DNA of 64,000 bases. Source: Sulfurospirillaceae bacterium (GTDB lineage: Bacteria; Campylobacterota; Campylobacteria; Campylobacterales; Sulfurospirillaceae). Each line of letters opens with the position of its first letter. Position 1 is the stretch's first letter. A program made the translations under genes and the position numbers. The DNA lies in NCBI GenBank assembly GCA_033723415.1, contig JAWVXD010000002.1, positions 32,001 through 96,000 on the forward strand. The letters run 5' to 3'. Shown piece after piece: positions 39,402 through 48,418 of this stretch. Under the pieces are notes generated by a model. The model was not told where the DNA came from, searched no databases, and was given only the letters and a program-made list of their open reading frames with translations.

Positions 39402-41057
39402 ATGAGTCTTTTTGAGAAGCATAATAAAACTCTAAATAGAGCGCTGGAAGAAATAAGCAACAGAGGTTTTTGGTCACCATACTTTGAAATACCGAGTTCT
39501 AAAGTTTATGGAGAAGATGCAAAAGAAAAAGCAAATGAGTCTTTTAAGTCCCAATTAGGTAAAAAATTTGAGATAAAAGGGTTAGAAAGTAACACTTATC
39601 TAGGTTCAGAAATCTCACCTTATGGTTTTGATCTAAATATTACATACCCTGCTATAAATTCTGACAAATTAGTAGAAGATTCACTGACTGCTATGAATCA
39701 GTGGAAAAAAATATCTCTCGATGAGCGAGCCGGAATCTGTTTGGAAATTTTGGATCGTTTAAATAAAAAAAGCTTTGAGATGGCAAATGCAGTGATGCAC
39801 ACTACGGGACAACCTTATGTCATGTCTTTTCAAGCAGGCGGCCCTCATGCGCAAGATAGAGGTCTTGAAGCACTTGCATATACATATAGACAATTGAAGA
39901 ATATTCCTACACAAGCTCGTTTTGAAAAGCCTATGGGGAAAAATCCTCCAATCGTCATGAACAAGAAATTCGTAGTTGTTCCAAAGGGAATATCAGTGAT
40001 CATCACTTGTTCTACCTTCCCGACTTGGAATTCATACTCTGCACTTTTTGCCTCACTCCTTGCTTGTAACTCTATAATTTATAAGCCTCATAGCAGTGTA
40101 ATCCTGCCTATAGCCTTAACCTTGAAAACAGCAAGAGAAGTACTGGAGGAAAATGGGATCAACCCTAATTTGATCTCTATGATAATAAGCGATGATCGAA
40201 GTGAAACTCAAAATCTTGTCAAAAATAAAAATGTAAAAATTATAGACTTTACAGGAAGTACCGGATTTGGCGACTGGTTAGAAGAAAATGCCAAACAAGC
40301 AAATGTCTACACGGAAAAAGCAGGAGTTAACTGTATTTTAGTAGATAACTTCAATGACCTTAAAGCGATGGGAAGAAATATGTCATTGGCTCTTAGTCTG
40401 TATTCTTCTCAAATGTGTACGGCACCTCAAAATATCTTTATTCCAAAAGACGGAATAATCTCAAATGGAGAAAAAGTGTCATTTCAAGAAGTTGCAGATA
40501 TCATCACGGGAAGTGTTGAAAAACTTCTATCCGTGGACGAGAGGGCTGTAGAGATCTTGGGTGCAATCCAAAATGATGGAATCTGCCAAAGGGTCAAAGA
40601 CGCAAACAAGCTTGGTGAGATTTTATTACCCTCAAAAGATATAAAGCATCCGCAATATGAAAATGCCACCGTAAAAACACCGGCGATCGTAAAAGTTTCG
40701 TCCAAAGATAAAAACTTGTACCAATCAGAGCATTTTGGCCCTGTGATTTTATTGATAGAAACAGACTCGAGAGAAGATTCACTTAATGTGTGGCAAGATA
40801 CTATAGCCGAGCATGGTGCGATCACTGCGGGAGTTTACAGTTCAGATGAAAGTTTTATAGAAGAAGTTGAAGATATAGCAATCAATGAAAAAGTAAATCT
40901 GTCAGTAAATCTAGTCGGCAATGTCCTTATCAATCATTCTGCTGCTTTTACCGATTTTCATGCCACAGGAGATAACAAAGCGGCAAATTGTGCGCTTTCA
41001 AATGAAAATTTTGTTTCAGGTAGATATTCTATTGTTACTATAAAAAGGGATGCATGA
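39402..41057 (+). CDS. paaN: Phenylacetate degradation aldehyde dehydrogenase, PaaN-type, without MaoC domain
   Basis: 'FQAGGPHAQDRGLEA', 'TFPTWNSY', 'DFTGSTGFG', 'TEKAGVN', 'SQMCTAPQN', 'FTDFHATG'; 551 aa. Confidence 0.9.
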   Translation: MSLFEKHNKTLNRALEEISNRGFWSPYFEIPSSKVYGEDAKEKANESFKSQLGKKFEIKGLESNTYLGSEISPYGFDLNITYPAINSDKLVEDSLTAMNQWKKISLDERAGICLEILDRLNKKSFEMANAVMHTTGQPYVMSFQAGGPHAQDRGLEALAYTYRQLKNIPTQARFEKPMGKNPPIVMNKKFVVVPKGISVIITCSTFPTWNSYSALFASLLACNSIIYKPHSSVILPIALTLKTAREVLEENGINPNLISMIISDDRSETQNLVKNKNVKIIDFTGSTGFGDWLEENAKQANVYTEKAGVNCILVDNFNDLKAMGRNMSLALSLYSSQMCTAPQNIFIPKDGIISNGEKVSFQEVADIITGSVEKLLSVDERAVEILGAIQNDGICQRVKDANKLGEILLPSKDIKHPQYENATVKTPAIVKVSSKDKNLYQSEHFGPVILLIETDSREDSLNVWQDTIAEHGAITAGVYSSDESFIEEVEDIAINEKVNLSVNLVGNVLINHSAAFTDFHATGDNKAANCALSNENFVSGRYSIVTIKRDA

Positions 41058-41653
41058 TGCAAATCTATAAAATAGACAATATGGTTCCTGTCATCAGCAA
41101 AAAAGCTTTTGTTCACGAAAGTGCCGTAATAATCGGAGATGTATTTATAGATGAGGGCGTTTATATAGGTCCTCTATGTTCTATAAGAGGTGACTTTGGA
41201 AGAATTATCATCAACAAAAATGCAAATATCCAGGATTGCTGTGTAATACACTCTTTTCCTCATTTAGATGTAATTGTAGAAGAAAACGGTCACATAGGAC
41301 ACAGTGTTATATTACATGGATGTGTAGTAAAGTACAATGCTATGGTAGGCATGGGCAGTGTTGTCATGGATGAAGCAGTAGTCGGAGAAAACTCAATCAT
41401 TGGGGCATCTTCACTTATTCCTTCAAAAACCATCATCCCTGACAATCATATGGCTTTTGGCAATCCTGTCAAAGTAAGAAGAGAATTAAGACAAGAAGAG
41501 ATAGATTGGAAGACCAAAGGGACAAAGGCTTACGTTGATCTAGCATATAATTGTATTGATAATCTTGAGAAGTGTGAACCGCTAAAAGAATCAAGTGAAG
41601 AAAGAGATGCTATAAGATGTCAAATGAGCTTCAAAACTAAATACTCTTTATAA
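41054..41653 (+). CDS. paaY: PaaY (gamma-carbonic-anhydrase-like thioesterase)
   Basis: Hexapeptide repeats, 'RGDFGRI', 'NIQDCCVIH', 'GHIGHSVILHGC', 'WKTKGT..Y'; ATGA overlap with paaN. Confidence 0.9.
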   Translation: MMQIYKIDNMVPVISKKAFVHESAVIIGDVFIDEGVYIGPLCSIRGDFGRIIINKNANIQDCCVIHSFPHLDVIVEENGHIGHSVILHGCVVKYNAMVGMGSVVMDEAVVGENSIIGASSLIPSKTIIPDNHMAFGNPVKVRRELRQEEIDWKTKGTKAYVDLAYNCIDNLEKCEPLKESSEERDAIRCQMSFKTKYSL

Positions 41654-41657
41654 AATT

Positions 41658-41690
41658 TAGATTGTAAGATTTTTTAAATCTTACAATCTA
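41658..41690. terminator. 15-bp perfect hairpin between convergent paaY and SBP genes
   Basis: TAGATTGTAAGATTT-ttt-AAATCTTACAATCTA. Confidence 0.7.
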
Positions 41691-41729
41691 TTACATGAAA
41701 ACACTATAATAAATAAAACATGTAATGAA

Positions 41730-42875
41730 TTATTTTGCTAATGCCCAATCATGATTTTTGATAACAAGCATTTGTATACCTGAATTTAAATCTAAACCTA
41801 AATGATCTTTTTTGCTCATATTGTAGATCCCGTTTAATCCTACATAACCTTTTGTTTTTTCTAATGCATCTCTAATAGCAGTTGGATTGCTTGATTTAGC
41901 ACTTTTTATAGCATCGACTACAAGATTGAGCGCATCATAAGCATATCCTCCAAATGTTGATATAGGAGCATGGTATTTCGCATCATAAGCCTTGATATAA
42001 GCTAATGAAACTTCTTTAATAGGATTTGAATCTGATAGAAGAGATGCTACAACAACCGGTGGTGAAGCAACTATAACTCCCTCGCTGGCATCACCTGAGA
42101 GCTCTATATATTTTTTAGACGCAACACCGTGAGATTGAACCAAAGTTTGAGTCATGCCTAACTGCTTAAAGTTTTTTGTAACGATCGCAGGTCCTTGTCC
42201 GAAGCCCGGATTTACAACTGCTTGAACATTTGGTGTATTTTTGATTTTTGTCAATTGTGCCGTCATATCGGTATCTTTTGGTCCATAAGTTTCATCAGCC
42301 AATATTTTAATACCGTAAGCAGGTGCAACATCCTTGCATTGTCCTCTCATTGATTTTCCAAAACCGCCATTGCCTGATATCAATGCAATATTAGTTTTGC
42401 CTTTTTCTTTTAAATATTCAAATATTTTCTGGCAAGCCATTCTGTCAGTTGCCGGTGTTTTAAATACATAAGATTTAACAGGTTGTACTATTTTGATAGA
42501 ACCTGCCATAGAAACCAATGGAATTTTTGCTCTTTGAACAAATGGAATGATTGCCATAGTCTCTCCTGAGGCAGAACCGCCAAGGATTGCAACGACTTTA
42601 TCTTGACTGATCAATCTCTTCACAAAAGTTGTTGCTTTTTTTGGACTAGCCCCTGTATCATATGCTACCAATTCCAATTTTTTGCCTAATACTCCGCCAC
42701 TGGCATTTATTTTGTCAACATAAAGCTCAAGTGTTTTAAGCTCTGGATCTCCAAGAAAAGATGCAGGACCCGTTGCTGCAACAAGTGCCCCTATCTTTAT
42801 CGTATCTTTTGCACTTACAGTGTAAGTAAAACCTAAAATTAACAGCCCTAAAATCATTCTCAAAATATTTTTCAT
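41730..42875 (-). CDS. HAAT-family ABC transporter substrate-binding protein (probably for aromatic acids)
   Basis: Signal peptide; 'IKIGAL..TGPASFLGDPE', 'YVFKTP', 'DTDMTAQLTKI', 'STFGGYAYDA', 'DHLGL'. Confidence 0.9.
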   Translation of the reverse strand: MKNILRMILGLLILGFTYTVSAKDTIKIGALVAATGPASFLGDPELKTLELYVDKINASGGVLGKKLELVAYDTGASPKKATTFVKRLISQDKVVAILGGSASGETMAIIPFVQRAKIPLVSMAGSIKIVQPVKSYVFKTPATDRMACQKIFEYLKEKGKTNIALISGNGGFGKSMRGQCKDVAPAYGIKILADETYGPKDTDMTAQLTKIKNTPNVQAVVNPGFGQGPAIVTKNFKQLGMTQTLVQSHGVASKKYIELSGDASEGVIVASPPVVVASLLSDSNPIKEVSLAYIKAYDAKYHAPISTFGGYAYDALNLVVDAIKSAKSSNPTAIRDALEKTKGYVGLNGIYNMSKKDHLGLDLNSGIQMLVIKNHDWALAK

Positions 42876-42926
42876 ATTACTTTCCTTTATGATTAGTTGA
42901 ATAAATTCAACCGTATTTTAAAGATA

Positions 42927-42970
42927 CTATTACAAGATTACTTAAACTTTCCATAAATTTGTAATACTTT
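42927..42970 (-). repeat. 44-bp regulatory block, inverted copy of 25002..25045, containing a perfect TATTAC-N27-GTAATA at 42928..42966
   Basis: Direct alignment, 40/44 identity. Confidence 0.85.
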
Positions 42971-43171
42971 TTTGTTAAATTTCAAATCTTATACTTTTTT
43001 ATACACTTTTACTTCTTGTTATTCAGATTGAATAACAAGAAGTTATATAATAAATCAAAAACGCCTTGGATGCTCATGATTTATACAAAAACTTTGAAGT
43101 AAAACCTTCTATTTGATAATATCATTTTATTGTTAATGAGATAATGTAGTATAAAAGTATAGGTGTGGAAA

Positions 43172-43198
43172 AGCTTAAACCCTACAAGAGTTTAAGCT
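43172..43198 (-). terminator. Intrinsic terminator after the bactofilin gene
   Basis: AGCTTAAAC / GTTTAAGCT with a short T-run on the minus strand. Confidence 0.6.
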
Positions 43199-43231
43199 CA
43201 TATAAAATATATAATTTAGGTATATTGAGTG

Positions 43232-43615
43232 TTAGAAAGCTATTTTATCATCTTTGAAATTGTCAAACTGTTTGTTTTCACTTGTATATGTATCTAGTTT
43301 CTTGTCCGATTTTACTTCATTTTTACCGCTAAAATAGCATTTAGAGTCAATCACCAAAATACGGCTTTTTATATTGCCTGTAAAAGAACCGCCCTCTAGG
43401 ATATGAACTGTATCACAATCCGCATCTCCGTCAAAAACTCCTTTTACATATAGTATCTTAGCGAATACTTCACCTACTACTTTACTTTTAGCTTCTATTT
43501 TAACTGATTCTTTGGCTTCTATTCTGCCTTCTACATCACCAAATACAACCAAGTTCTTGCCGCATTTTATTGTGCCTTTGAGTTCTGTTTCCTTAGAGAC
43601 GATCGTATCTTCCAT
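43232..43615 (-). CDS. Bactofilin (CcmA-like polymer-forming cytoskeletal protein)
   Basis: Beta-helical repeats 'ELKGTI..VFGDVEGRIEA..VVGEV..VKGVFDG..FTGNIK'. Confidence 0.88.
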   Translation of the reverse strand: MEDTIVSKETELKGTIKCGKNLVVFGDVEGRIEAKESVKIEAKSKVVGEVFAKILYVKGVFDGDADCDTVHILEGGSFTGNIKSRILVIDSKCYFSGKNEVKSDKKLDTYTSENKQFDNFKDDKIAF

Positions 43616-43701
43616 AATCTGCCTTTGCGTATAAATATTCTGTCAAGATCATATTATATACTATTTACTATTTTAGTTGGCTAAATATAAGTTTTTGAGA
43701 A

Positions 43702-43737
43702 CAAATGGAGCAGGTAGTGTTACCTTAGCTCCATTTG
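43702..43737 (-). terminator. Hairpin after yeiH
   Basis: CAAATGGAGC / GCTCCATTTG with inner AGGTA/TACCT. Confidence 0.65.
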
Positions 43738-43749
43738 CATAAGTTAATT

Positions 43750-44778
43750 TTATAGAGTGAGAGCAAATTTTACTATGTAGAATCCGCCGAAGATAAGCCA
43801 CAAAAATAAAATTGCAGCCAAATATATAGGTTTCATACCCACATTTTTAAACTTGTCCTTGCTTGTTTCCATTCCCAATGCGGTCATAGCCATTGTTAGT
43901 AAAAAAGTATCTATAGACGTTATGTCACTCACCAAGCTTGCAGGTAATAAATTAAATGAATTGAATCCTGCTACCAAAATGAAAAATACAGCGAACCAAG
44001 GTATCGTGATTTTTGTTTTTTGTTTCGTTACTACATCTTTTGAGCTTTTAGCTAACCAAAATCCCAAGATCAATAAGAATGGAGCAAGTAGCATAACTCT
44101 TATCATTTTAACGATTACTGCAGTTTTAGCTGTTTCTGGTCCTATAGCATTTCCTGCAGCTACAACATGAGCTACTTCATGAACAGTACCGCCAATATAA
44201 ATACCAACATCTTGTGGACTAAGCGGGATAAAACCTGCTTTATACAAAAATGGATATAAGAACATAGCAGTTGTTCCAAAAATGATAACTGTAGATACGG
44301 CAATTGCACTCTTATACGGTTCTGCGTTCACGACAGGTTCAGTTGCTAAAACTGCGGCTGCTCCACAAATAGAGCTTCCTGCTGTTGTTAAAATTGTAGT
44401 ATCTCTATCAAGTTTTAAAACCTTTGTACCTACAATATAACCTATTATAAATGTAGATGCAACAACGCAAGTACTAGTTACAATACCTGCAATTCCTACT
44501 GCTTCTATATTTTGAAAAGTTAGTCTAAAACCATATAATATAATACCTACTCTTAGAAGAGTTTTTGTAGAAAATATTATCCCCGGTGTCCATTCTGCAG
44601 GAAGTTTATTTCTCAATGTATTTGCATAAATCATACCCAAAACGATACCTATGATAAGCGGACTGATCGCTAGATGCTTAAAAATCGCAAAATCAGATAG
44701 GTAAGTGGCACTCATAGCAAAAAGAGAAACAAACAAAATCCCACTGATCGTGTTACTTCTGTTTTCTTTTGCAAACAT
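43750..44778 (-). CDS. yeiH: YeiH family putative sulfate exporter
   Basis: 'LLRVGIILYGFRLT', 'GSSICGAAAVLA', 'HEVAHVVAAG', 'KMIRVMLLAP'. Confidence 0.9.
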   Translation of the reverse strand: MFAKENRSNTISGILFVSLFAMSATYLSDFAIFKHLAISPLIIGIVLGMIYANTLRNKLPAEWTPGIIFSTKTLLRVGIILYGFRLTFQNIEAVGIAGIVTSTCVVASTFIIGYIVGTKVLKLDRDTTILTTAGSSICGAAAVLATEPVVNAEPYKSAIAVSTVIIFGTTAMFLYPFLYKAGFIPLSPQDVGIYIGGTVHEVAHVVAAGNAIGPETAKTAVIVKMIRVMLLAPFLLILGFWLAKSSKDVVTKQKTKITIPWFAVFFILVAGFNSFNLLPASLVSDITSIDTFLLTMAMTALGMETSKDKFKNVGMKPIYLAAILFLWLIFGGFYIVKFALTL

Positions 44779-44851
44779 TTTAATCCTTTAAATTTTTTTG
44801 TGATTATAGTGATATTCTCTTTATAAGTAAAATAAATTAATTTTGATATAA

Positions 44852-44870
44852 TGATAAATATTTTTTATCA
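44852..44870. promoter_or_regulatory. LysR-type binding site (T-N11-A palindrome) between yeiH and yeiE
   Basis: TGATAAA-N5-TTTATCA. Confidence 0.55.
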
Positions 44871-44881
44871 AAGAGGTTTCC

Positions 44882-45760
44882 GTGACACTAAAAGAGCTAA
44901 ATATATTTTATGAGCTTTGTGAGAACTCACATATTTCACAACTTGCCAGTAGACTAGGGATAACACAATCTGCTATATCATTGTCTATAAAATCACTTGA
45001 AAACAATATAGGTGAACAGCTATTTGATCGAATAGGCAAAAAATTAATACTCAATGAAATAGGCAGACTCTTTAGAGAAAAAACTTTTCCACACTTCGTG
45101 GCATTAAGCGATGCAGAGAATTTTTTTAAGAAGAGCAAAATCTCAGGTATCTTAAATATAGCCTCCAGTAGAACAATAGGAACTTTTATAACTCCTCAAA
45201 TTGTTTATGATTTTCTTGGTATTCACTCAAATGTAGTTATAAATAAAGATATACAAAACTCACTAAATATCGTAAAATCGATCAAAGATGCTAAGATTGA
45301 TATGGGATTTATAGAATCAAGTTGTGATGAGCCTGAGATAACGAAAGAGAAAATCGGACAAGATAGAATGATAGTAGTAACCAGCGACAAAAGTCTAAAA
45401 AATGTAACTTTATATATCGATGAATTGTTTGATAGGAAATGGATATTGAGAGAAAAAGGCTCTGGGACGAGAGAAATATTTTTAGACTCTATAGGAGATA
45501 TTTCAAAAGATATAAAAATATTTATGGAATTTTCAGAGTTTGAAGAAGCAAAGACTATACTCCTTCACAATCCACAAACTATAACTTGTCTATCAAAATA
45601 CGCTGTGGAAAAAGAGTTACAAAGAGGTGAGTTATTTGAAGTAAAACTAAAAAATCTTAGTATTGAACGAAATTATTATCTCATATACAACAAAGAAAAA
45701 TACAAAAGCAAACTTTTCTTAGAGTTTCAAAAATTCGTCAAAGATTTTTTTATTGCTTAA
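44882..45760 (+). CDS. yeiE: LysR family regulator (YeiE-like)
   Basis: HTH 'ITQSAISLSIKSLE..LFDRIGKKL', 'WILREKGSGTRE'; divergent from yeiH. Confidence 0.85.
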   Translation: MTLKELNIFYELCENSHISQLASRLGITQSAISLSIKSLENNIGEQLFDRIGKKLILNEIGRLFREKTFPHFVALSDAENFFKKSKISGILNIASSRTIGTFITPQIVYDFLGIHSNVVINKDIQNSLNIVKSIKDAKIDMGFIESSCDEPEITKEKIGQDRMIVVTSDKSLKNVTLYIDELFDRKWILREKGSGTREIFLDSIGDISKDIKIFMEFSEFEEAKTILLHNPQTITCLSKYAVEKELQRGELFEVKLKNLSIERNYYLIYNKEKYKSKLFLEFQKFVKDFFIA

Positions 45761-45813
45761 ATTTCATGATAAAAATGCTAAAATCCCTCTCATCTTTGAA
45801 GAGGAGAAGAAAG

Positions 45814-46443
45814 ATGGACATGCATCTTTATTTAGCATATATAAGCATATCATTTTTTACTATTATAAGCCCTGGTCCCGCAATATTGTTAGCTATAAGC
45901 AATGGATTGGCGTTTGATGTAAAAGCTGTTGTCTTATCGTCCTTGGGAAATATAATAGCTCTGTTTTGTCTGTCTGCGATAGCGATGTTTGGAGTTGGTG
46001 TGATTTTAAAGACATCAGTGATCTTTTTCACGGCGTTAAAAATAGTGGGTGCCTGCTATCTTATGTATTTGGGTATTATGCAATTTACAGGGAAACGTGG
46101 AAAAATCTCGTTGAGTGACAAAAACAATCATAAATCATATAGTAGTTGGAAAGTATTTAAAAAGGGATTTTTAGTTGCTGCTACTAACCCCAAACCGATT
46201 TTATTTTTCACAGCCCTTTTCCCTCTTTTTCTGAATCAAAACGCTCATATCACTTTACAATTTTTTGTCATGACCTTAACATTCATGGCGTTATCTTTTT
46301 GTTCTTTGTTCTTTTACGGATACATCTCAACAAGTACAAAGGCCTGGTTTTTCAATGAAGATAAATTGAAAGTATTTTTTAAAATTTCAGGCTCTCTTTT
46401 TATCTCTATGGGGATAGGTTTGCTATTTGTAAAAGAGCATTAG
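45814..46443 (+). CDS. LysE/RhtB family amino-acid exporter
   Basis: 'ISPGPA', 'LKIVGACYLMYLG', 'ATNPKPILFF'; GAGGAG before ATG 45814. Confidence 0.9.
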   Translation: MDMHLYLAYISISFFTIISPGPAILLAISNGLAFDVKAVVLSSLGNIIALFCLSAIAMFGVGVILKTSVIFFTALKIVGACYLMYLGIMQFTGKRGKISLSDKNNHKSYSSWKVFKKGFLVAATNPKPILFFTALFPLFLNQNAHITLQFFVMTLTFMALSFCSLFFYGYISTSTKAWFFNEDKLKVFFKISGSLFISMGIGLLFVKEH

Positions 46444-46520
46444 TTTTTCATTCTGATCTCTTGTGTAATTAGAATAAAATATTTTTAGAGTATAATTGCA
46501 TAAAAAAATGAAAGACAAGT

Positions 46521-47303
46521 ATGAAAAAGATTTTAATAACAAATGATGATGGCTTTGAATCTGAGGGGCTGATGGCATTAGCTGAAGCACTAAAACCTTT
46601 AGGGCGTATAACTATTGTTGCACCTACAACTGAAAAGTCTGCTTGTGGACACTCTCTTACACTTACGAAACCTCTTCGTTTTATAGAAATAGAAGATGAC
46701 TTTTTTAAACTTGATGACGGTACACCGAGTGATTGTATATATCTTTCTATCCATGCTCTTTTCACTAAAGATAATCTACCAGATATAGTCGTAAGCGGTA
46801 TAAATAAAGGCTCGAATATGGGTGAAGATATCACATACAGTGGAACGGCAAGTGCCGCTATGGAGGCGGTCTTACATGGCATACCTGCTATAGCAGTGTC
46901 ACAAGCATATTTAAACTCCCCTATGAGCCTTACAAAAAGCAGCTACGATCTTGCAAAAAAAGTCACTCATGACATAGTCAAAAAAATACTTGATGGCAAT
47001 TTCCCCTTAAGTGAGAGAAAATTTTTAAATATAAACATACCTCCTACGCAAGATTTCAAGGGCTATAGGATAACAAGAGCAGGATATAGGGTTTATGGCA
47101 ATGATGCGCACCTTCACAGAAATCCAAGAGGAGAAGAGTACTATTGGCTGGGAACTCATACGCTAGTGCATAAAGAGAATAAGGCTAAGGATTGTGATCT
47201 AAGTGCCTTAAAAGACGGATTTGTCTCTATTACCCCTATACATCTTGATATGACATCTCATGAAGATATTGAAAAATTAAATCAATGGATAAACAATGGA
47301 TAG
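46521..47303 (+). CDS. surE: 5'/3'-nucleotidase SurE
   Basis: 'ILITNDDG', 'DGTPSDC', 'SGINKGSN', 'YSGTASAA'. Confidence 0.95.
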   Translation: MKKILITNDDGFESEGLMALAEALKPLGRITIVAPTTEKSACGHSLTLTKPLRFIEIEDDFFKLDDGTPSDCIYLSIHALFTKDNLPDIVVSGINKGSNMGEDITYSGTASAAMEAVLHGIPAIAVSQAYLNSPMSLTKSSYDLAKKVTHDIVKKILDGNFPLSERKFLNINIPPTQDFKGYRITRAGYRVYGNDAHLHRNPRGEEYYWLGTHTLVHKENKAKDCDLSALKDGFVSITPIHLDMTSHEDIEKLNQWINNG

Positions 47304-47934
47304 ATTCACCAGAAGTAGAATTATATTCGGGGAAGATTTTGATAAGATAAGAAATGCGAAGATAATATTGCTAGGAGTTGGGGGAGTAGGTGGTTTTTGC
47401 CTTGATGCTCTTTATAGATCGGGAGTAAAAGATATCACCATAGTTGATTTTGATACATTTGATATAACGAACCAAAACAGACAACTAGGAAGTGAAGAAT
47501 TAGGAAGAGTAAAAGTAGAAGTGATGAAGGAACGATATAAGGGGATAGAAGCCATTGAGTTAAAGATCACAAAAAACTGGGTAGAAAATTTTGATTTTAC
47601 TCCTTATGACCTAGTGATAGATGCTATAGACGATATGCCGGCAAAAGTCGCAGTTGCAAATAAATGCTACACTAAGTTAATCTCATCAACCGGAGGTGCT
47701 AAGAAATTAGATCCCACCCGCATAAAAATCACTTCAGTATGGAAAACTTACAGTGACGGATTAGCCAAAAAATTTAGATATGAACTAAAAAAAAGCGGAT
47801 TTAGCGGTGATTTTAACGTCGTTTTTTCTGATGAAGAACCAAATTGTAAAGATTTAGGCAGTTTTGTAGGAGTAACAGGCAGTTTTGGTCTTACTTTAGC
47901 AAGTCTAGCTATCAAAAAGATAACTGATAGATAA
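47296..47934 (+). CDS. tcdA: ThiF/E1-like protein, tRNA threonylcarbamoyladenosine dehydratase-like
   Basis: 'GVGGVGG', 'DFDTFDITNQNRQ', 'DAIDD', 'VVFSDE'. Confidence 0.75.
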   Translation: MDRFTRSRIIFGEDFDKIRNAKIILLGVGGVGGFCLDALYRSGVKDITIVDFDTFDITNQNRQLGSEELGRVKVEVMKERYKGIEAIELKITKNWVENFDFTPYDLVIDAIDDMPAKVAVANKCYTKLISSTGGAKKLDPTRIKITSVWKTYSDGLAKKFRYELKKSGFSGDFNVVFSDEEPNCKDLGSFVGVTGSFGLTLASLAIKKITDR

Positions 47935-47973
47935 AACTCCAATCTACAAAATCATTCTTAACTAAGAGAGATA

Positions 47974-48414
47974 TTACCTAAGTCTCTCTTTAGCTGTTTT
48001 ACCGCACTTGATTATAACTGAAGGAGTATTTTCTGAAAATCCATATTTAGTATATAGTATTATTTCTGCATTATCTTTTACAAATGATTCGTCAAATCTT
48101 TTACCTGACTCGTTGGATGAAGTAGAATATGACCATTTTATCTTTCTTAAAAATTCTAGATGTCTTTCATCTTTGACTACTCTGATAGCCAAATTGTTCG
48201 CATATACAAAAGTAGTCTTTGAAGCTCTTCTAATCAGTTTTTTGTGAGTTTTTGGTACTCTTGTAAATTTTTTTAGAGTGTCAAAAGAATCTACGCTTAT
48301 GATAAATTGTTTGTTTTTATCTCTTTTCTTGATTAGTGAAAGTTTTTCTTTGTTTTGAGATAAGAATCCGGCAGTTGTATCTGTTTGGACTAGATATACT
48401 TTCGCCGGATTCAT
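47974..48414 (-). CDS. Short Sua5/YciO/YrdC/YwlC family protein
   Basis: 'QTDTTAGF', 'IKKR', 'AIRVV', 'YSTSSNESG'. Confidence 0.8.
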   Translation of the reverse strand: MNPAKVYLVQTDTTAGFLSQNKEKLSLIKKRDKNKQFIISVDSFDTLKKFTRVPKTHKKLIRRASKTTFVYANNLAIRVVKDERHLEFLRKIKWSYSTSSNESGKRFDESFVKDNAEIILYTKYGFSENTPSVIIKCGKTAKERLR

Positions 48415-48418
48415 AATA

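Noticed and set aside
42896..42911. GTTGAAT-AA-ATTCAAC palindrome resembling an FNR box
   Set aside because: Mismatched in both half-sites, located in the probable 5' UTR and absent from the duplicated copy.
20453..43000. The paa cluster as a mobile genomic island
   Set aside because: No integrase, transposase, tRNA or target-site duplication seen; base composition looks like the host's.
43113..43151. Possible further N27 site ending in GTAGTA
   Set aside because: Left half-site is poor and fits only with 26-bp spacing.
4811..48414. The HhH protein (start 5104) and the YrdC-like protein (start 48414) both begin MNPAKV
   Set aside because: Codons differ, similarity stops after six residues and the families are unrelated; treated as coincidence.
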